Positions 25,301-38,082 of a stretch of DNA of 64,000 nucleotides are shown here, piece by piece (position 1 is the first letter of the stretch; each line of letters begins with the position of its first letter). This DNA comes from Raillietiella orientalis. Its lineage: Eukaryota. Below the pieces are notes generated by a model. The model saw nothing but the letters and a program-made list of their open reading frames with translations. It had not been told where the DNA came from and did no database searches. The DNA lies in the NCBI GenBank assembly GCA_036172245.1, contig JAYWIR010000007.1, positions 2,728,001-2,792,000 on the forward strand, in the 5' to 3' direction. Position numbers and translations under genes: made by a program.

Positions 25301-27584
25301 GTTTTTGGAACAATGGAGCTGCTTTAGAAAAATCATATTTCCTGAGTTTTGACAAGCACACAATCCGCCATCCTTGAGAGTGCAACAGCATGATAAATTT
25401 GTCCGAGCGTGCCCACCGAAAAAAAGTCATTCATTCTTTTCCGGAACATCCGTGAGACTGAAAGCAACTGCTCCCCCGCAGGATCCTCTTGTACGTCCAT
25501 CCGCAGGAACAATTAACACCTCTCTCGGGAGGAAGGCAAGAGAAGAAGCCCCCTACCCTCCCCCCCTCACCCAAAAAAAAAAAAAAAAAAAATTCCGCTG
25601 TTTCCAGAAATGTGTCCTGCGATCCGAAGATAATTTATCGCGCGCTGGGAGGAAACAGACAACCAATGATCTATGAAGCATTGCAAGGGGAACGCATATT
25701 TCCTTCCTAACCGTTTTCGTCTTTCAGTTTATACAATTCTTGACTATCGCTGACAAATGAAGAACTCCTCCATCATCTTCCGGACGCGCAGGCATCGGTG
25801 TGCTGTTGTTCCACGCCCCGCACCTGAGCTGCCTTCCCGTGGAGACACCACCCATCTACGAGCGAGCTCTTTCCCGCCTCGCACATCTCGGAGGGGAGCA
25901 TCTGCGAGCAAGAGCTGTTCCGCAGGGGAGGAAGGCTAAACTTGCTGCTGCCTCCTCCCGACCTGGGTCAGGAGCGTTGCCGTGGGCTCGCGGGTCTCCT
26001 CTTCGCGCGGCCTCCGAGAAGTCACTTCCATCGAACAATCGGGAAATGCATTCATTTTTTTTTTTTTTTTTTCTTTTCCATTTTCATTTATTTATTTATT
26101 TATTTATTTTTTTTTGTTTCGGATTTCGGATGCCTGATATTTGATCTTATCACGTACCGCCCGTGACCCGAAGTGGAAGAATCCCGTCTTGGCATAAATC
26201 TTCGGTGGGCCAGCTGCTGAAAGTGGTCAGACGTCGACAATGCCCGGGCTGTTGCGAAACTGTAATCTCTGTACGTGTGAGGTGAGAAATGCGCCCACCC
26301 CTACTAACATCAGGTAGTAAAAATGTTTTCATGAGTATATAATTATCCTCCCATCAGCTACGTGTACTGGGGTGGTACCGGTGACTCGCAAATAAAAATA
26401 ACATATCATGATCTCTAATTTCTCTGGACTGTTGCGAAAAACAATGGGTGGAAAATCAAAACCATTCGTTTTCTCCAGAACAGGAAGAAGAAGGTTAGGT
26501 TTTAATGAAGGGAGAAGAACGATAAATTTCTGGACATGCCTTTTCCCGAAGAACATTCATGTCGCTGGAAACAGATGCCGCTCGTGACCGACATTTCTTA
26601 ATGCAGCGGGTTGCGCCGACCAAGACTGATGATTTTATCGAGCTGTGTGGTCATTGGCGCGAAACGACATGTACGTGTTACGTCACTAAAAGTGTAATTA
26701 TTTCGGTTAATGTGTTTTTGTTTTCAGCAGTGCCCACCAAATTCGGCCTGCAGTATGAATGCTCTCCTGGCGAGAGCTTCCATCTCTGGAAAAGGTTTGG
26801 TTCTCGTTCCTTCCTTTCAATTAGCAGGAAATTGTTTCCGAGATTTATCTTAGGAACAGTATTGCCAGGTTTCCCTGAAATGAAAAATCGAAATTGTAAG
26901 CAGCTGGAAGATTACGTTTGCCAGTAACATTAGCGAGCTCGGCCAATCGTCGAGCGCGAAAACAACGATAAACACTAATGCTTCTCGAAAAGTTTGTTCC
27001 GTTACTCATTGGTATCACAAACTGTTACGGAACCCATTCTTCTTCAGCTGGCGCGGAAGAGTCAGAAGTGCTTGGATTCAATGGAAACGGAAACTTTGCC
27101 CGCTCGGGTTCCTCCTCCTGGCCCGGACGCTCTAAAGAGGCGCGCAGGGAGACTCTTCAGGAGATGCTGAAGTGTCTGTCAGGAAACACTCCGGCATCGA
27201 TTCTCCTGACGAAAGTCGCTTTTCTTCTTCTTCTTCTTCTTCTTCTTCTTCTTCTCTCCCGCTCTCTCCCCTCCACGTCATCTAATGGAAAAATGCTCGG
27301 TCGAAATGGGACTTCGATAACAGGATCAATTTTATCAACGTGATTTTGCGGACGGGAAAAAAAGAAAAAAGATTGAATCCGCTGAATAAATATTCTTGCT
27401 TGGAAGCTCCGTTGCTCTCAGGAGCACCTTCTACGAGTTCTGGATTCCTCAGGGCTTTCATCATTTGCATGATAAAAAAAAAAAAAAAAAAAGAAAACTG
27501 CGCAGGAGCTCGCGCTTCTTTTGGAAAAATTTTCGTTACTGTTCTCCCTGCGCGTGGACCTCTTTGTTCCACGAAAACACGAAT

Positions 27585-27627
27585 TTCTTCTTCTTCTTCT
27601 TCGTCGTCGTCGTCGTCGTCTTCTTCC

Positions 27628-27672
<45 letters not shown>
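27585..27672. repeat. Compound microsatellite (TTC)n(GTC)n followed by an A42 tract
   Basis: Direct reading; a second (TTC)n lies at ~27222-27253. Confidence 0.95.
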
Positions 27673-27675
<3 letters not shown>

Positions 27676-29352
27676 TTCGGAGTTGAAACAAGTAATCTCA
27701 TTTTCCATCCTTCCCCAAATATACCACTCGAGATCGAGAGCATCTAACAAAATGGATTTCTTATATCCCCTTAAATTAATGTTTTCTTTAAGAAAGTTTG
27801 CATCGAAATGTGTCTTGAATATAGAGTTATAAATCCATTGAAATTGTTATTTATGGAACATCAAAGTCTGTAGAAATCGATTCGACAGTTGGCTGCAAGC
27901 CCTCTTTACAAAAATTACCCAGAGCGGTGGACAGCGTTCCGCTAACATATTTCTTGCACAACCACTTATTTAAAACTGGTCGGATTGGAGTTCTCATTAC
28001 TATAAACCATTTTCGTACCTTGGGAAATCGTTGGCTCATCACGAGCAAATTGCATCTGATGTCGAAATTGAAATGTTAATATTCCGCCCATTCATTTCTT
28101 GGGTTATACAATCCAGTCTATCCTTAAATTGCATGCAACTTAGTTCGTAAGAAACGAGTTGTTTAATGACTCCAGCAGAGAAATCCAAATGATTGCCAAA
28201 TGAGATGAAACATATGGAAATGAGCGGAAGGTTTCACTATTGCCATCTATGAACACGGCGGAGGAATTCAGGCGGTGGACGCGCGAGGTTCCCCGTTTTC
28301 ACCCCACCCCACCCACCCCCGGGATCCAGCCGATCGCGCAGGAGAGCCAACCCAGAAGTGCACGGGACGGCATGAGATCCTTAGGGGAAAGGGGGAGGGG
28401 GGGGGAGAGAGAGAGAGAGAAAAAGAAGAGAAAGAGGAAAAACGGCAGCGTTTTCTGCACTTTCGTCGCTTCCTCTCGGATCCGAGGCTCCACGACCTGG
28501 CGGAGGGTCTCCATCAGACGCACGCATGGCAACGGTCACACATGCGTATTTTCGCTCGGAGGCGAGGAGGAGGGAAAGTTGCCAAAGTTGAGCGGCTGAC
28601 TTGTGCCACGCCTCGTTTCGAATCCCGTACAAAAGCGAAAATTCCCCGACTCGGGTGAAACAGAACAGGAATCGGCGGAATCCTTTTCGTTCCTTCTCGG
28701 TTAGCGGCTCCGCAACAAAAGTTGCCCTCTTTCCCCCCCCCCCCCCGGCTTTGGAAATCTTTCGAATCGGTACTGCAGGAAGAGTCGGTCTGACCCCAGA
28801 CGTGGGATGATTTGTCAAGCCGGATGGGTCCCGAGCCACGGATGAAACCGCTCGCTCCTTCCTCTTCATATCGGTGAGACAAGTCACAGAGTCGAAGCTA
28901 TTCCAAGTTGATTTCGTTTCTCTCTCAAATTACATCTCGCAAAGTAATTCAAGAACAAAAGGGTTATGTGATAACGTGTGTTCGTGTTCTCAGAACGTTC
29001 GTGATTCTAGTTTGCTTTCGGTACTTGCGTTTTCCAGCATCCGACAGGATGGCGTGAATAACGACAAAACGTAGAGGAATTCTAAAATGCTTTTTATCTA
29101 CATGGAGATTTATGAAGATTTTTTTGTAAGGAATGATGAATATTCATTCGAAAGAATGCCCTCGCAATGTTTTCCATGTATTTGCTCCAGCTGGAATGCA
29201 ATCATCTAAAATTGTAAATAATCCAACAGAGAAATTTCCCCAAAGTAAAAGAATTCAAATGGGAAAGCTGGCAGTGCTGATCTCTTAGAAGGTCAACACA
29301 AACATTGCAATATCGGTAGAGGTCGTTTCTTTGAAGCATTAGAGGCTTGCTA

Positions 29353-29384
<32 letters not shown>

Positions 29385-29499
29385 AAAAACATTGCGTTGC
29401 ATTCGTGCCATCGAGATCTACGGCATCCATGATCGCGTTGCAGTGGACATCACTCTTTCCAAAAGAAGGGGGGAACCTTGCGCTTCGCCATTAGAGACT

Positions 29500-32400
29500 G
29501 AACATCTATGGAAGACGTGAAATTGAAGCGCGTTCAATTCAGGATGCTGAACTCCGGAGCCGGGAAATACAAAATGCAGGCACAGGAAAATGAAAACGAA
29601 GGCACACAAAGTGGAGTTCATGGTTGTCATGCCGAGAGACATGACTTACGCGAAGAATACAGCACCATCCACTTTCGGAGAAGTTGGAATGTCTTTTCCC
29701 AATAGAAGGTTTCATCTGCAGCCAAGCTCTCGGCCCGAGCACACCCAAGTCTCACATTTTTCACTTCTTTCTTCAGCTGAGTTCACGAAACTTTTGGAGG
29801 AAGAAATGCTGGAAAAAAAAAAAAAAAAAAGATGAAAAGAAAAAACTCATACTCGCTGAGTTCAGGATGGTGAGTGAAGTGACCGCAGAACATGAAGAGA
29901 TTTCGAGACGAAGTACCGAATGCTGAATCCGTGCTGATCCCTGCAACCGCTGCTTACTGGTTCCTCGACTTCGCTTGGAGCGCCTTTGAGAGCGCCCGAA
30001 GAACCCCTGGGTTGCCCAGGAAGAAAAGGGAGCTTCGTTGAGCAGACGTGATGTGTTAGCTTGCTGGAAGAGGTCTTGATGGCTTCAACGCGAGTGGGTT
30101 GGAACCATTGGTGTTCCTAAAGGCTGACGTCTCTAGCAGTGTGCTTCACACGCCTTTCGGAATGGAAATTTCGAAGGGACGCGCGACTTCGATTTCCCAG
30201 GAACACATTCAATGGCTAAGCATGAGAAATACATCTTGGGATGAACGGATGCTGAGTGAAAACTGTGGCAGCTGTTTTTTTCCATAAGAATGGAAGCGAA
30301 GGATGGCTAAAGAACGGTGATTTGAAAGAGACAGATGCGCGATGGCAAGATTCTAACGGGAGGAAATTCTAAACACGGTCACCCGCGGTTCAGTACATGA
30401 TGAAAACGCAAAAGATGTGTGTGGCGTGGGTGGCAGAGAGGCTCATATTTAATCGAATAGATCAAACGGACTGATACAGGGACATCAAACAAATATCCCT
30501 GAAATGAGGGACGGGTTCGATTGAGAGCCGAGAGTTGCTGCCTCCGCAGTGTCGTTTATTGCTCTCTCTGGTCATGGAAAGGCAGCTCTCGAAATCGCCC
30601 ATGGTTCGGGGGCTGCTGAACCGATGTCAAGAGATTGATGAGGAACGACTCAGAGGGGCATCACAAACATGAAAACACCACACACGAAACACCCCTGGTA
30701 ACACATGCTCTTCCCTTCGGAATCTCCTGGAAAAGAGAGAATCCAGAAAGAACGTTCGGATAACTTTTCTTTCGGAAAAAATTTTTTTTGGATATCTTCG
30801 AAAGATGAGATTGCTTGCAGATTCCCTAAGGATACCATCTTTGTAAATGGGTCAACCGTGAGGCTGAGGAAGGTTTTATACAGTTGAAATCCTTAACACC
30901 TTTTGATCCACACAAATCTTCGCTTTTACACGGGGAAAGGATGATTTTGTGGGTTGACCGCTGGGTCATAATCCAAAAGAAACCAAAACCAACAGGGTGC
31001 TTCGAGTTAGCAAAAATAGGTAGAGAGTATCGAATAAACAACCTGGGCACCGATGTGTGCGCTTCGTGTCGCACTTGTACGCTGCAAAGCAGAAATTCCA
31101 GCCTTCAGATCGTAAAAGGTCAGCATTCAGGAGCTCTACCTGGTCAGAAGAGAGTCCCCACTTCTTCCGATGACACGTTGCGAAGAAAAGTGCTCTCTCA
31201 GAAAGCGCCAAAGTCCCACTCTTCGCCCACTCCCTCCTTCGGCGGGTTGGTCCGGCTCGGCTGGCTGCCCGAAGAAGGGCACGGTGCTTTCCAGCCGGGC
31301 CGTTCTCAAAGCTTGTCCACACGCGCCTGGTGACCAGAGGAAGAACGCGGCTCTCCCATCCAAAAGCAAGGGTAAAGATTCGAAGGGGATTTGCGCCGTT
31401 CTTCCTCACGCCGTTCCCCACATATGGTCCTCGGGATGATGCTTCCAAAGAAATCATTGGCATTCTGAAAAAATTTCTTTAATCCTTTAGCTGTAAAGGG
31501 GGTATGGTAGATAGAAAGAAAAAAGGCATCATCGTTCTTGCAATCGTCAGATATTTCCGGTATGACTTCTTTTTGTTTATTTTTTTAGCGAAAGATGCTA
31601 CATCCAATAAGCAGATCGTTTTTCATGATCTGCTGAAACGAGATGATCTGGTAATGTGGACCTTCCCACAAATTGTCTGCTCCCTGTTTAAAGTTCGCAT
31701 GACTTTATTAGGAAGGAGAGGAAAAGAGGAAAGTTTCCTGACAACAGTGAAAGCAAAGAGGACAACAACAACAACAACATCAACAAAACTTATTTTTTCC
31801 CTCTTTTGGTCACCTACCACAGGATCGTTATGAAAGCTACTCGGGAAGAATTCACGTGGAGTCTGGAAAAGTACAGAACGAAGGTTCAGCTGCCTTCATG
31901 TGGAGTGAAGGAGCACATCATCATTTCGCAAAGCCAGTCATCCACTGATGCCGGAGGATTCGCTGTGGTACTTCCTCACATTATTTCGGTCGCGGATCAT
32001 ACTCCTTAGGGAAAGATAAAGTTCACCGAAAGTTCAGATCGTTCCTCCGTTTCAGACAGAGTTCATGATTCTCCTTGATCTTTATCTCTACCTTCTACCT
32101 TACGCAGATCATCTCCATTTGTTCTCCCACGCTCGAAACAGATGGCTCGCTTACCTTGCCTCCTTCTCCCAGTGCTTCCAACCCCTCCTCTTTGGATCTT
32201 TCCGCACCCTCAACGTTGCGGAGTGTACGAGCAGCATCTGCAAGAACGGAAGACCATTGGTAGCTCCATCGAGCACAACTTCGAACAACCACCTCTTTCC
32301 TGACCCTTAGATCCACACGTCCAGCTCGCGTGTCCCATAGAAGGGGTGGATGGAGGAGTGGCTCATCTACGAAACAAGGTGGAGTTTCATCGACCCTGAC

Positions 32401-32750
32401 TGACGATGGATGATCCGAGGGGAAGCTGAACAAAGGATCCTGGAAGAGTAGGAGGCACGCAGAGGATAACATGCTGGACGAGGAAGTGCTCCGAAGAGAG
32501 AAAGCGACCCCGCAGCCACTGTATCGAAAATCTCGAAGGAATTTTGCGAACGCCATTTTCATCCTCCTCCTAGATGTCTACCTCCGAACACTGTCTGCTA
32601 GCAGCTTCTGCTTCACGCCTTCCGAAGAGGGAACTTCGCACATTTGTGGAATCCGCCTCGGAACTAAGAGGGTGGCTCTCTTCTGCGCTAGCAGCTTCCC
32701 TGGCACCCCTCGGATGGTCCAAGTGGATTGAGGCGGACGATGCGGTTGCT
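29500..32750 (+). mobile_element. Long decayed L1/Tx1-like ORF2 (APE through RT catalytic motif)
   Basis: FRMLNSG and KVEFMVV (APE N-terminal), LILAEFRMV (cf. I.LGDFN.V), EYRINNLGTDVCAS...QHSGALPGQ (cf. NYRPISLLNTDYKIL...Q.GF.PGR; 31020-31150), LPYADHLHLF (cf. YADD; ~32095-32125), LNVAEC (cf. LN..KC). Confidence 0.7.
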
Positions 32751-33190
32751 GCGGTGCGCGCAACAGGCGACTGCTCTCGGCGAGCGTGAACGGTCCAGAG
32801 CTCTCAGCGCTCCGGGCTGCGGGCTCCGTGAGTCACCCGCTCCAGACAGCCCACATCCGCCTTCTCCGCATCTACTTTTCAGACTTCCCCCCTCCCGTTT
32901 TTTTCCTTCTTTTTCCCTTCCCGCTCACGAGATGAAGTTCGCGAGTTCTCCAAGCGCGAATTCTCGAGGGAGGGGTTTCCATAGTCATGCATGCGCACGC
33001 TTCCGTGCGTAATTTCGCGCCGCACGTTTCCAGTCTGTTCCCCCAGGAACGAAGCCCATGGAGCGCCCGCCGCCGAGAGATCTGGCTGCAGGTGGGCACG
33101 GCAGGAACTCCTCATCCTGATGCTGGAGCACCGTGCCATCAGCTAGTAAGCGATTCTTGGTCAAAGAAAGGGTACCCACGGCTCTTCCAA

Positions 33191-33223
33191 CCGATGCCCT
33201 GAGCATTGCTCCCTTCTCCACTT
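33191..33223. repeat. 33-bp exact direct repeat, copy 1 (copy 2 at 38050-38082)
   Basis: ccgatgccctgagcattgctcccttctccactt is identical at both sites. Confidence 0.95.
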
Positions 33224-33249
33224 CCAAGGATTCAGAAAGAGTTAGGAGG

Positions 33250-33950
33250 TAGGTAGAAAGCTTTCACTTGCTCCGGGTGTGATGACACCCACATAAAGGA
33301 GCAGTCTCTTGGGGACAAGGTCCGAGAATCGACTTAGCCGCAGAAGGGAAGGCCGTTCCTCGACTCGGCAACTTGCGATGCATGGCGAGAAGAGGAAGGC
33401 TCGAGTTCTGAACTCGAGCGCTCGACGAGCGCAGTGTGCTCTCGGGGTTCACTTGCGATTGTATCTGCAAAAGACGTCCTTCTTACTACTGAGTACTGCG
33501 GACGACGCCTGGAGGAGTCATCACCCCAGCCAGCTTCCAGTTTTCTTTCGAGATGAAACTCCTGCGGCGTTCTTCCGGACGGAACCAGAGAGGCATGTCC
33601 TTCCAAGGACTTTCTGATTCCGCAGTGAAGAAGCCATCGAGAATTCCGAGATGCGAATTGTTCACACCCTGGAGGTCTTCGTTCTCACTGTCGAGGAGGC
33701 CGGACTGTCCACCCCATCTTCCCCAGCAAACTCCGAGATCTTCCTCCTCTTGCGGATGGGCTCCACGGCAGTGTCTTTCTCTCTCCCCCAGACAGCTCTC
33801 TGGCCGTGGGGAGGACACCAATCTTCCGTCTTGCCCTCAGGCGATCGGAACCCGTGTATGCAAGCTTGACCTGCTCTTGAGCGAAAGTCTCTGCGGAGTC
33901 CATGACGAAGACGCAAGGGGAGAAAGGAGAAGGAAAGAAACTCGAGAAAG
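33250..33950 (-). mobile_element. Decayed non-LTR RT N-terminal fragment
   Basis: FRSPEG (cf. KSPG.DG), HPQEEEDL...SGLLDSENEDL (cf. IPK..DL...SLLN.D.KI), LVPSGR (cf. FVPGR). Confidence 0.4.
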
Positions 33951-34536
33951 AAGGATGAGGGGAAAGGGAGGGATCGGTCTCAACGGACGATGGACGGAGC
34001 AGCAGCGCTGCCCGGCCTGAAGATGGCTTCCGGAGATTCCACTCCTTCGCCTCTTCTCTGCCATGCTTTCCTTTTTCCGTGTTCGCTCTTCCCTCTCCAG
34101 ATGACTCCATTCCTTCCCGACAAAACGTCTTTTCCTTTCTCCGGAAGTTCCCTTGGGAGGCGAGGAACGAAAATGTCCCTTCTCTCTCTCATCTTCCGCC
34201 CTGCTCCTCGAGGGGAAGAGATGGGAGCAAGATGAGGATTTACAGACTGCTGCAGCAAGCAAGGTCAGGGAGGAGCAGGAGGGAGGGGTAGGACTCTTGC
34301 CGTCTTCGCCTAGAAGTGACTTCGGCCATTTTGTTTTTCCTGTCTTGGGAAACGGACGGTGGCGGCCCGGGAGGAGAAGGAAAGGAAGGAGAGAGGGCAC
34401 TCCTCTTACCCTTTTCGGTCAGGAGCACGACAAGAGAATTCCTGGCTGTCGCCGTCGTCTCGGCAACCGAGCCTCCGTTGCTTCCTTCACAAAGAGACGG
34501 TTTCGCACAGTGCATTCTGTGAATCAACTCAGAGAG

Positions 34537-34602
34537 CGAATAAACAATTCCGCCTAAAGAAATAATTGCAACTTCAGTTGTACCGCCTCCTATATCAACA
34601 AC
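34537..34602 (-). pseudogene. mreB: 66-nt fragment of bacterial rod-shape actin MreB (phosphate-2 motif)
   Basis: Translates to VVDIGGGTTEVAIISLGGIVYS, the MreB signature. A/T-ending codons contrast with GC-rich flanks, which lack MreB similarity. Confidence 0.85.
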
Positions 34603-37600
34603 CTCTTCCCTCAGCGCAGCCTCGCATCCAGGACGGCTCTGATCAGTCTTCGGCTGTGGAAGACTCAGTGCTGAAGAGCTGCTGTTGCAGAGCAGAGTCA
34701 CTGGGAAGGTGACATAGTGTGGACCTCGAGTAGCCTCTGCTATCTCCTTCTGTGTCCTCTCCCTGGAGAGCTCGGAGACTGAAGAACGGATTCGAGAGGA
34801 TGTGTGTGTGCTCTCTCAGATCGGAGACCGACGCCTCACTTCCGTCGGAAATTGCGTCCTGTAGTGGCCGCATCTCTCTCTGAAAACTTCGAGTCAGGCA
34901 GGAGACCACGCCTCCCGCGGTCTTCCCTCTCCACCACCCTGGATGCATCGGAGTCAGCTCCTGACGAGCTTGCTTCCACGCCTCGTTCCCTATCTCTGCC
35001 TTCCTGTCCACAGAGCTTCAGATCCGATGGCGTTCCCTAGGAAATTGAGTGCTCATCAAAGCGGAATCCTGGCGACGTCTGGAGTGCCGAGGGGTAGCAC
35101 GGAGGTACAGCAAGCAGGCAGGAGGAACCTCCTGCTGCTGCTCTCAAAGAAGAGAGTCCTCGTTCCCTTCCTGCATTCCTTCTCCTAATCGCTTCCGCTC
35201 TTCGAGGCAGCTTCAGCATGTTTTTCCCTGCAGCACCTTCGGGACGCCTTGCGCGACACATGTGCCGTTGCTGAGTAGGATGCTGCGCGCCATTCTTCTC
35301 CTCCTCTTCCCTCCATCCCTTGTTTCCTTCTCTTTCCAGCTCCAGTCGCTCCGATTCTGCCGTCTTACTTTCGCTCCTGTTAACCCTTGCGCTTTCTTTT
35401 TCCGCCTCCAGGGTCGTCTCCCTCCTTCCGCCAGCAGCTCCACCAGCTCGATCTCCTCCGCAATCTCCCTTTCTGCAGCCTCCATCATCACTTCTGCTTC
35501 CACCAGAGGTCCAGACAGGCCTCCAAGAAACTTCTCCCCAGATCAGCTTAAAAAAAGCACGAAAGAAGGAGAGAACCTCTGGGTCTTCGCCCGATTAGTC
35601 TTCAGTGACCTAGGCGAGTGGTGCTGCATGTAAGCTTCCTGGGTCAGCCACGCACCTCGCGCAGGGCCAGGTGACTCCCGCGAGCCGCGTGAGTCTCCGC
35701 CGGCGAAGAGCATCCTAGCCACGGGCGAAAGCTTCCAACTCCACGAAGGCTGAAGGTCACCGGGGGCGAAGAATTCTCGCCTCCCTTCACCTTCTTTGCC
35801 GACCCTGTCGCATCTTTTCCTCCTCCCGCAGCCCGGCCCACCCATGGCTAGCTCACCCTTCCTCCTCCTCATCATCACCGTCATCGCCATCTTTGCCATC
35901 ATCAGCGTCGTTTTCATCCTCACGGACATCAAGCTCCATTCCATCAGAAAAGCTGACTCCCCCTGCCCCGACCACCCTATCCGGGGACACGCCTCCGCGC
36001 GCACGCGTCTTTTCGCCCCTCTTGCTACTAGGGAAAAGCATCTACCTCCCTCTTTTCTTCCCCATCCAGGGGAAGGAGAGCACATCGAGTGACAGGGATG
36101 CGCGACGTGCGCCGCGCCTCGACGTCAAGTCAGCATCCCATCTTCGCCCCCTCCTCAGAAAAGTTGCTCTCTCCCCTCCTCCCCAGCCCTCCCTCCCAGC
36201 AGAGCCCCGGCCTCCACGAAGGCCTGCTAAGGGGAAGAGGAGGGGGGGAGAGAGAAGAGGAGGAGGAAGAGAAGGGAGGGATGCTTTGAGGCCGAAGCGC
36301 GCGCCCTCCTCCGACGTCCTGCGGAAGACGGATGCGCGCGCCCGTTCTCGTGGTCCCGCCTCTCGCGCGCCTAGCCGCCGCCCCTAATTACAGGGCAGGG
36401 GCCCGCGGTGAGCCCCTCGTCGTGATGGAAGCCTCTCGAGGGTCCGCTTTCGAGAGGAGGCGCCCCTGGCGGTCCGCGCGTGATGCTATCTGACCATTTC
36501 TCACGCCTCGCTCGCCCCGGGGAACTCCGGTTTCGTGACGTCCGGGAAACCCCTCGTCTCATTCGCCCGCTCCCCCCCCCGCCGTATTCTCCTGCTCCCT
36601 TCCTGTCATTCCCTTCTCTTCCTCCCTTCCCCCTCCCCTCCACTCCTCCTCCCGGCGGACTGGAACAGCATAATTCCCTCTCCCCACGGGCGCGAAGCGA
36701 CTGTGGACTCCGAGATCTTGCGTACAAACCATTAGTGGAAGATGTGCAGCCACTCCCCCGCCGGCACCCTCTTCCCGAGACAGAAAAATCTCCATCTTCT
36801 TCCCCATGGATCTCGGGTCGCCATTCTCTGTCTCTTTCCCTTCTTACCTCCTTCTTCCCCTTCCCCCCCCTCGTCTCGTCTAATCTATGCCTATCTCTTT
36901 TCTCTCCTCTCGAACTGTTTGCCAAGGAGGGACGGCTTGCCCATCCATTCGATGGCGGGTGCACCCCGCTTCCTCCTGGGAGCGGAACGCTCGATTGCGT
37001 GTCCCCTCGAAACACAGAGCTTGCCCCCCTCTCTCCTTCCTGCACCCCTCTGGATTATCCAGAGGGCACTCTAGGAAGAAGACATTAATGAAAGTAGGGA
37101 AAATAGAATGAGATGAAAGACCTACCACGCTCATCCAGGAAGCTCTCTTATGGCCTCCTTCCCTCCCTTCCCCCCGAGAGACTCCGACGAAAGTCACCGG
37201 GACAGCCTCAGGCCTCTGCTCATGTGGGCGGGAGTAGTTGGTGCTGCTCTTGCTTAACTCCTTCTTCAGCTCTTCTTCCCTGAGGGTGTCGTCTCCATCG
37301 TATCGCGGGCTGCTCCCTGGGCCTCTTTGTCCGTCTCCTTCGAGCCGGAGAAGGAAGGGAGGAGAGAAAGTCGGAGCTCGGCCACTGACCTCTCCGTGTC
37401 GCTCCCTTCCTCCGTGAAGCAAACACGGCTTCTATCTCAACCCCATATACGGAAGCAGATTCCTGGATCAATTTTTCTAGCTATTCAGGATGGCGTCATT
37501 GCCAGGAGAAGCGGATGAAAGAGAAGGGAGGGTGGGAAGTAGGTTTCGTGGCAACGACTGCACAAATGTGGCATCTCTGAGAGCGAAGGAAGTCTTCCGG

Positions 37601-38049
37601 GTAGACATGAAGGACAGACACCCTCTTACCCCTCTGTTTGAACAGATGTATCCTGTTGCTCTTCACATAGATGGGAATCATGAAGCATCCTTCAGCCTGA
37701 TGCTCGAGAAGAATCCTCCGACATCTCGCAGCGCTATCGCGTCCCAGAGCTAGCCGAAGAAACGCCAGGAACTTTGGAAGAATCTCATCTTCTCTCCTTC
37801 GAGAGACAGCGATTGGATTCTTCCGGGTAACTCCAGTGTTCCCACTATACCTGTGACGTGCCGGATCATGGAGTGCGCTTGGGGACTTCGGTGTCATCGA
37901 GGACTCGCGCTGAGAAATACCACGCAGAATTCAGTACCGCCAGCGCCCTTCAGCACCGAGAGAGTGTGTCTTGGAATTTCTCTGGAAACGATTCCAGCCG
38001 AGCAATGGCGAAGACACGGAGGTTTCGCAGCGTAGGCTCCAGCACGCAT

Positions 38050-38082
38050 CCGATGCCCTGAGCATTGCTCCCTTCTCCACTT
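38050..38082. repeat. 33-bp exact direct repeat, copy 2
   Basis: Identical to 33191-33223. Confidence 0.95.

Noticed and set aside
34240..34701. Full mreB gene or bacterial contig
   Set aside because: Similarity is limited to 22 codons, and the window contains a spliced animal gene.
35796..36092. Membrane-protein ORF (LLLIITVIAIFAIISVVFIL)
   Set aside because: It is the antisense reading of a GAT/GAC/GAG acidic low-complexity tract.
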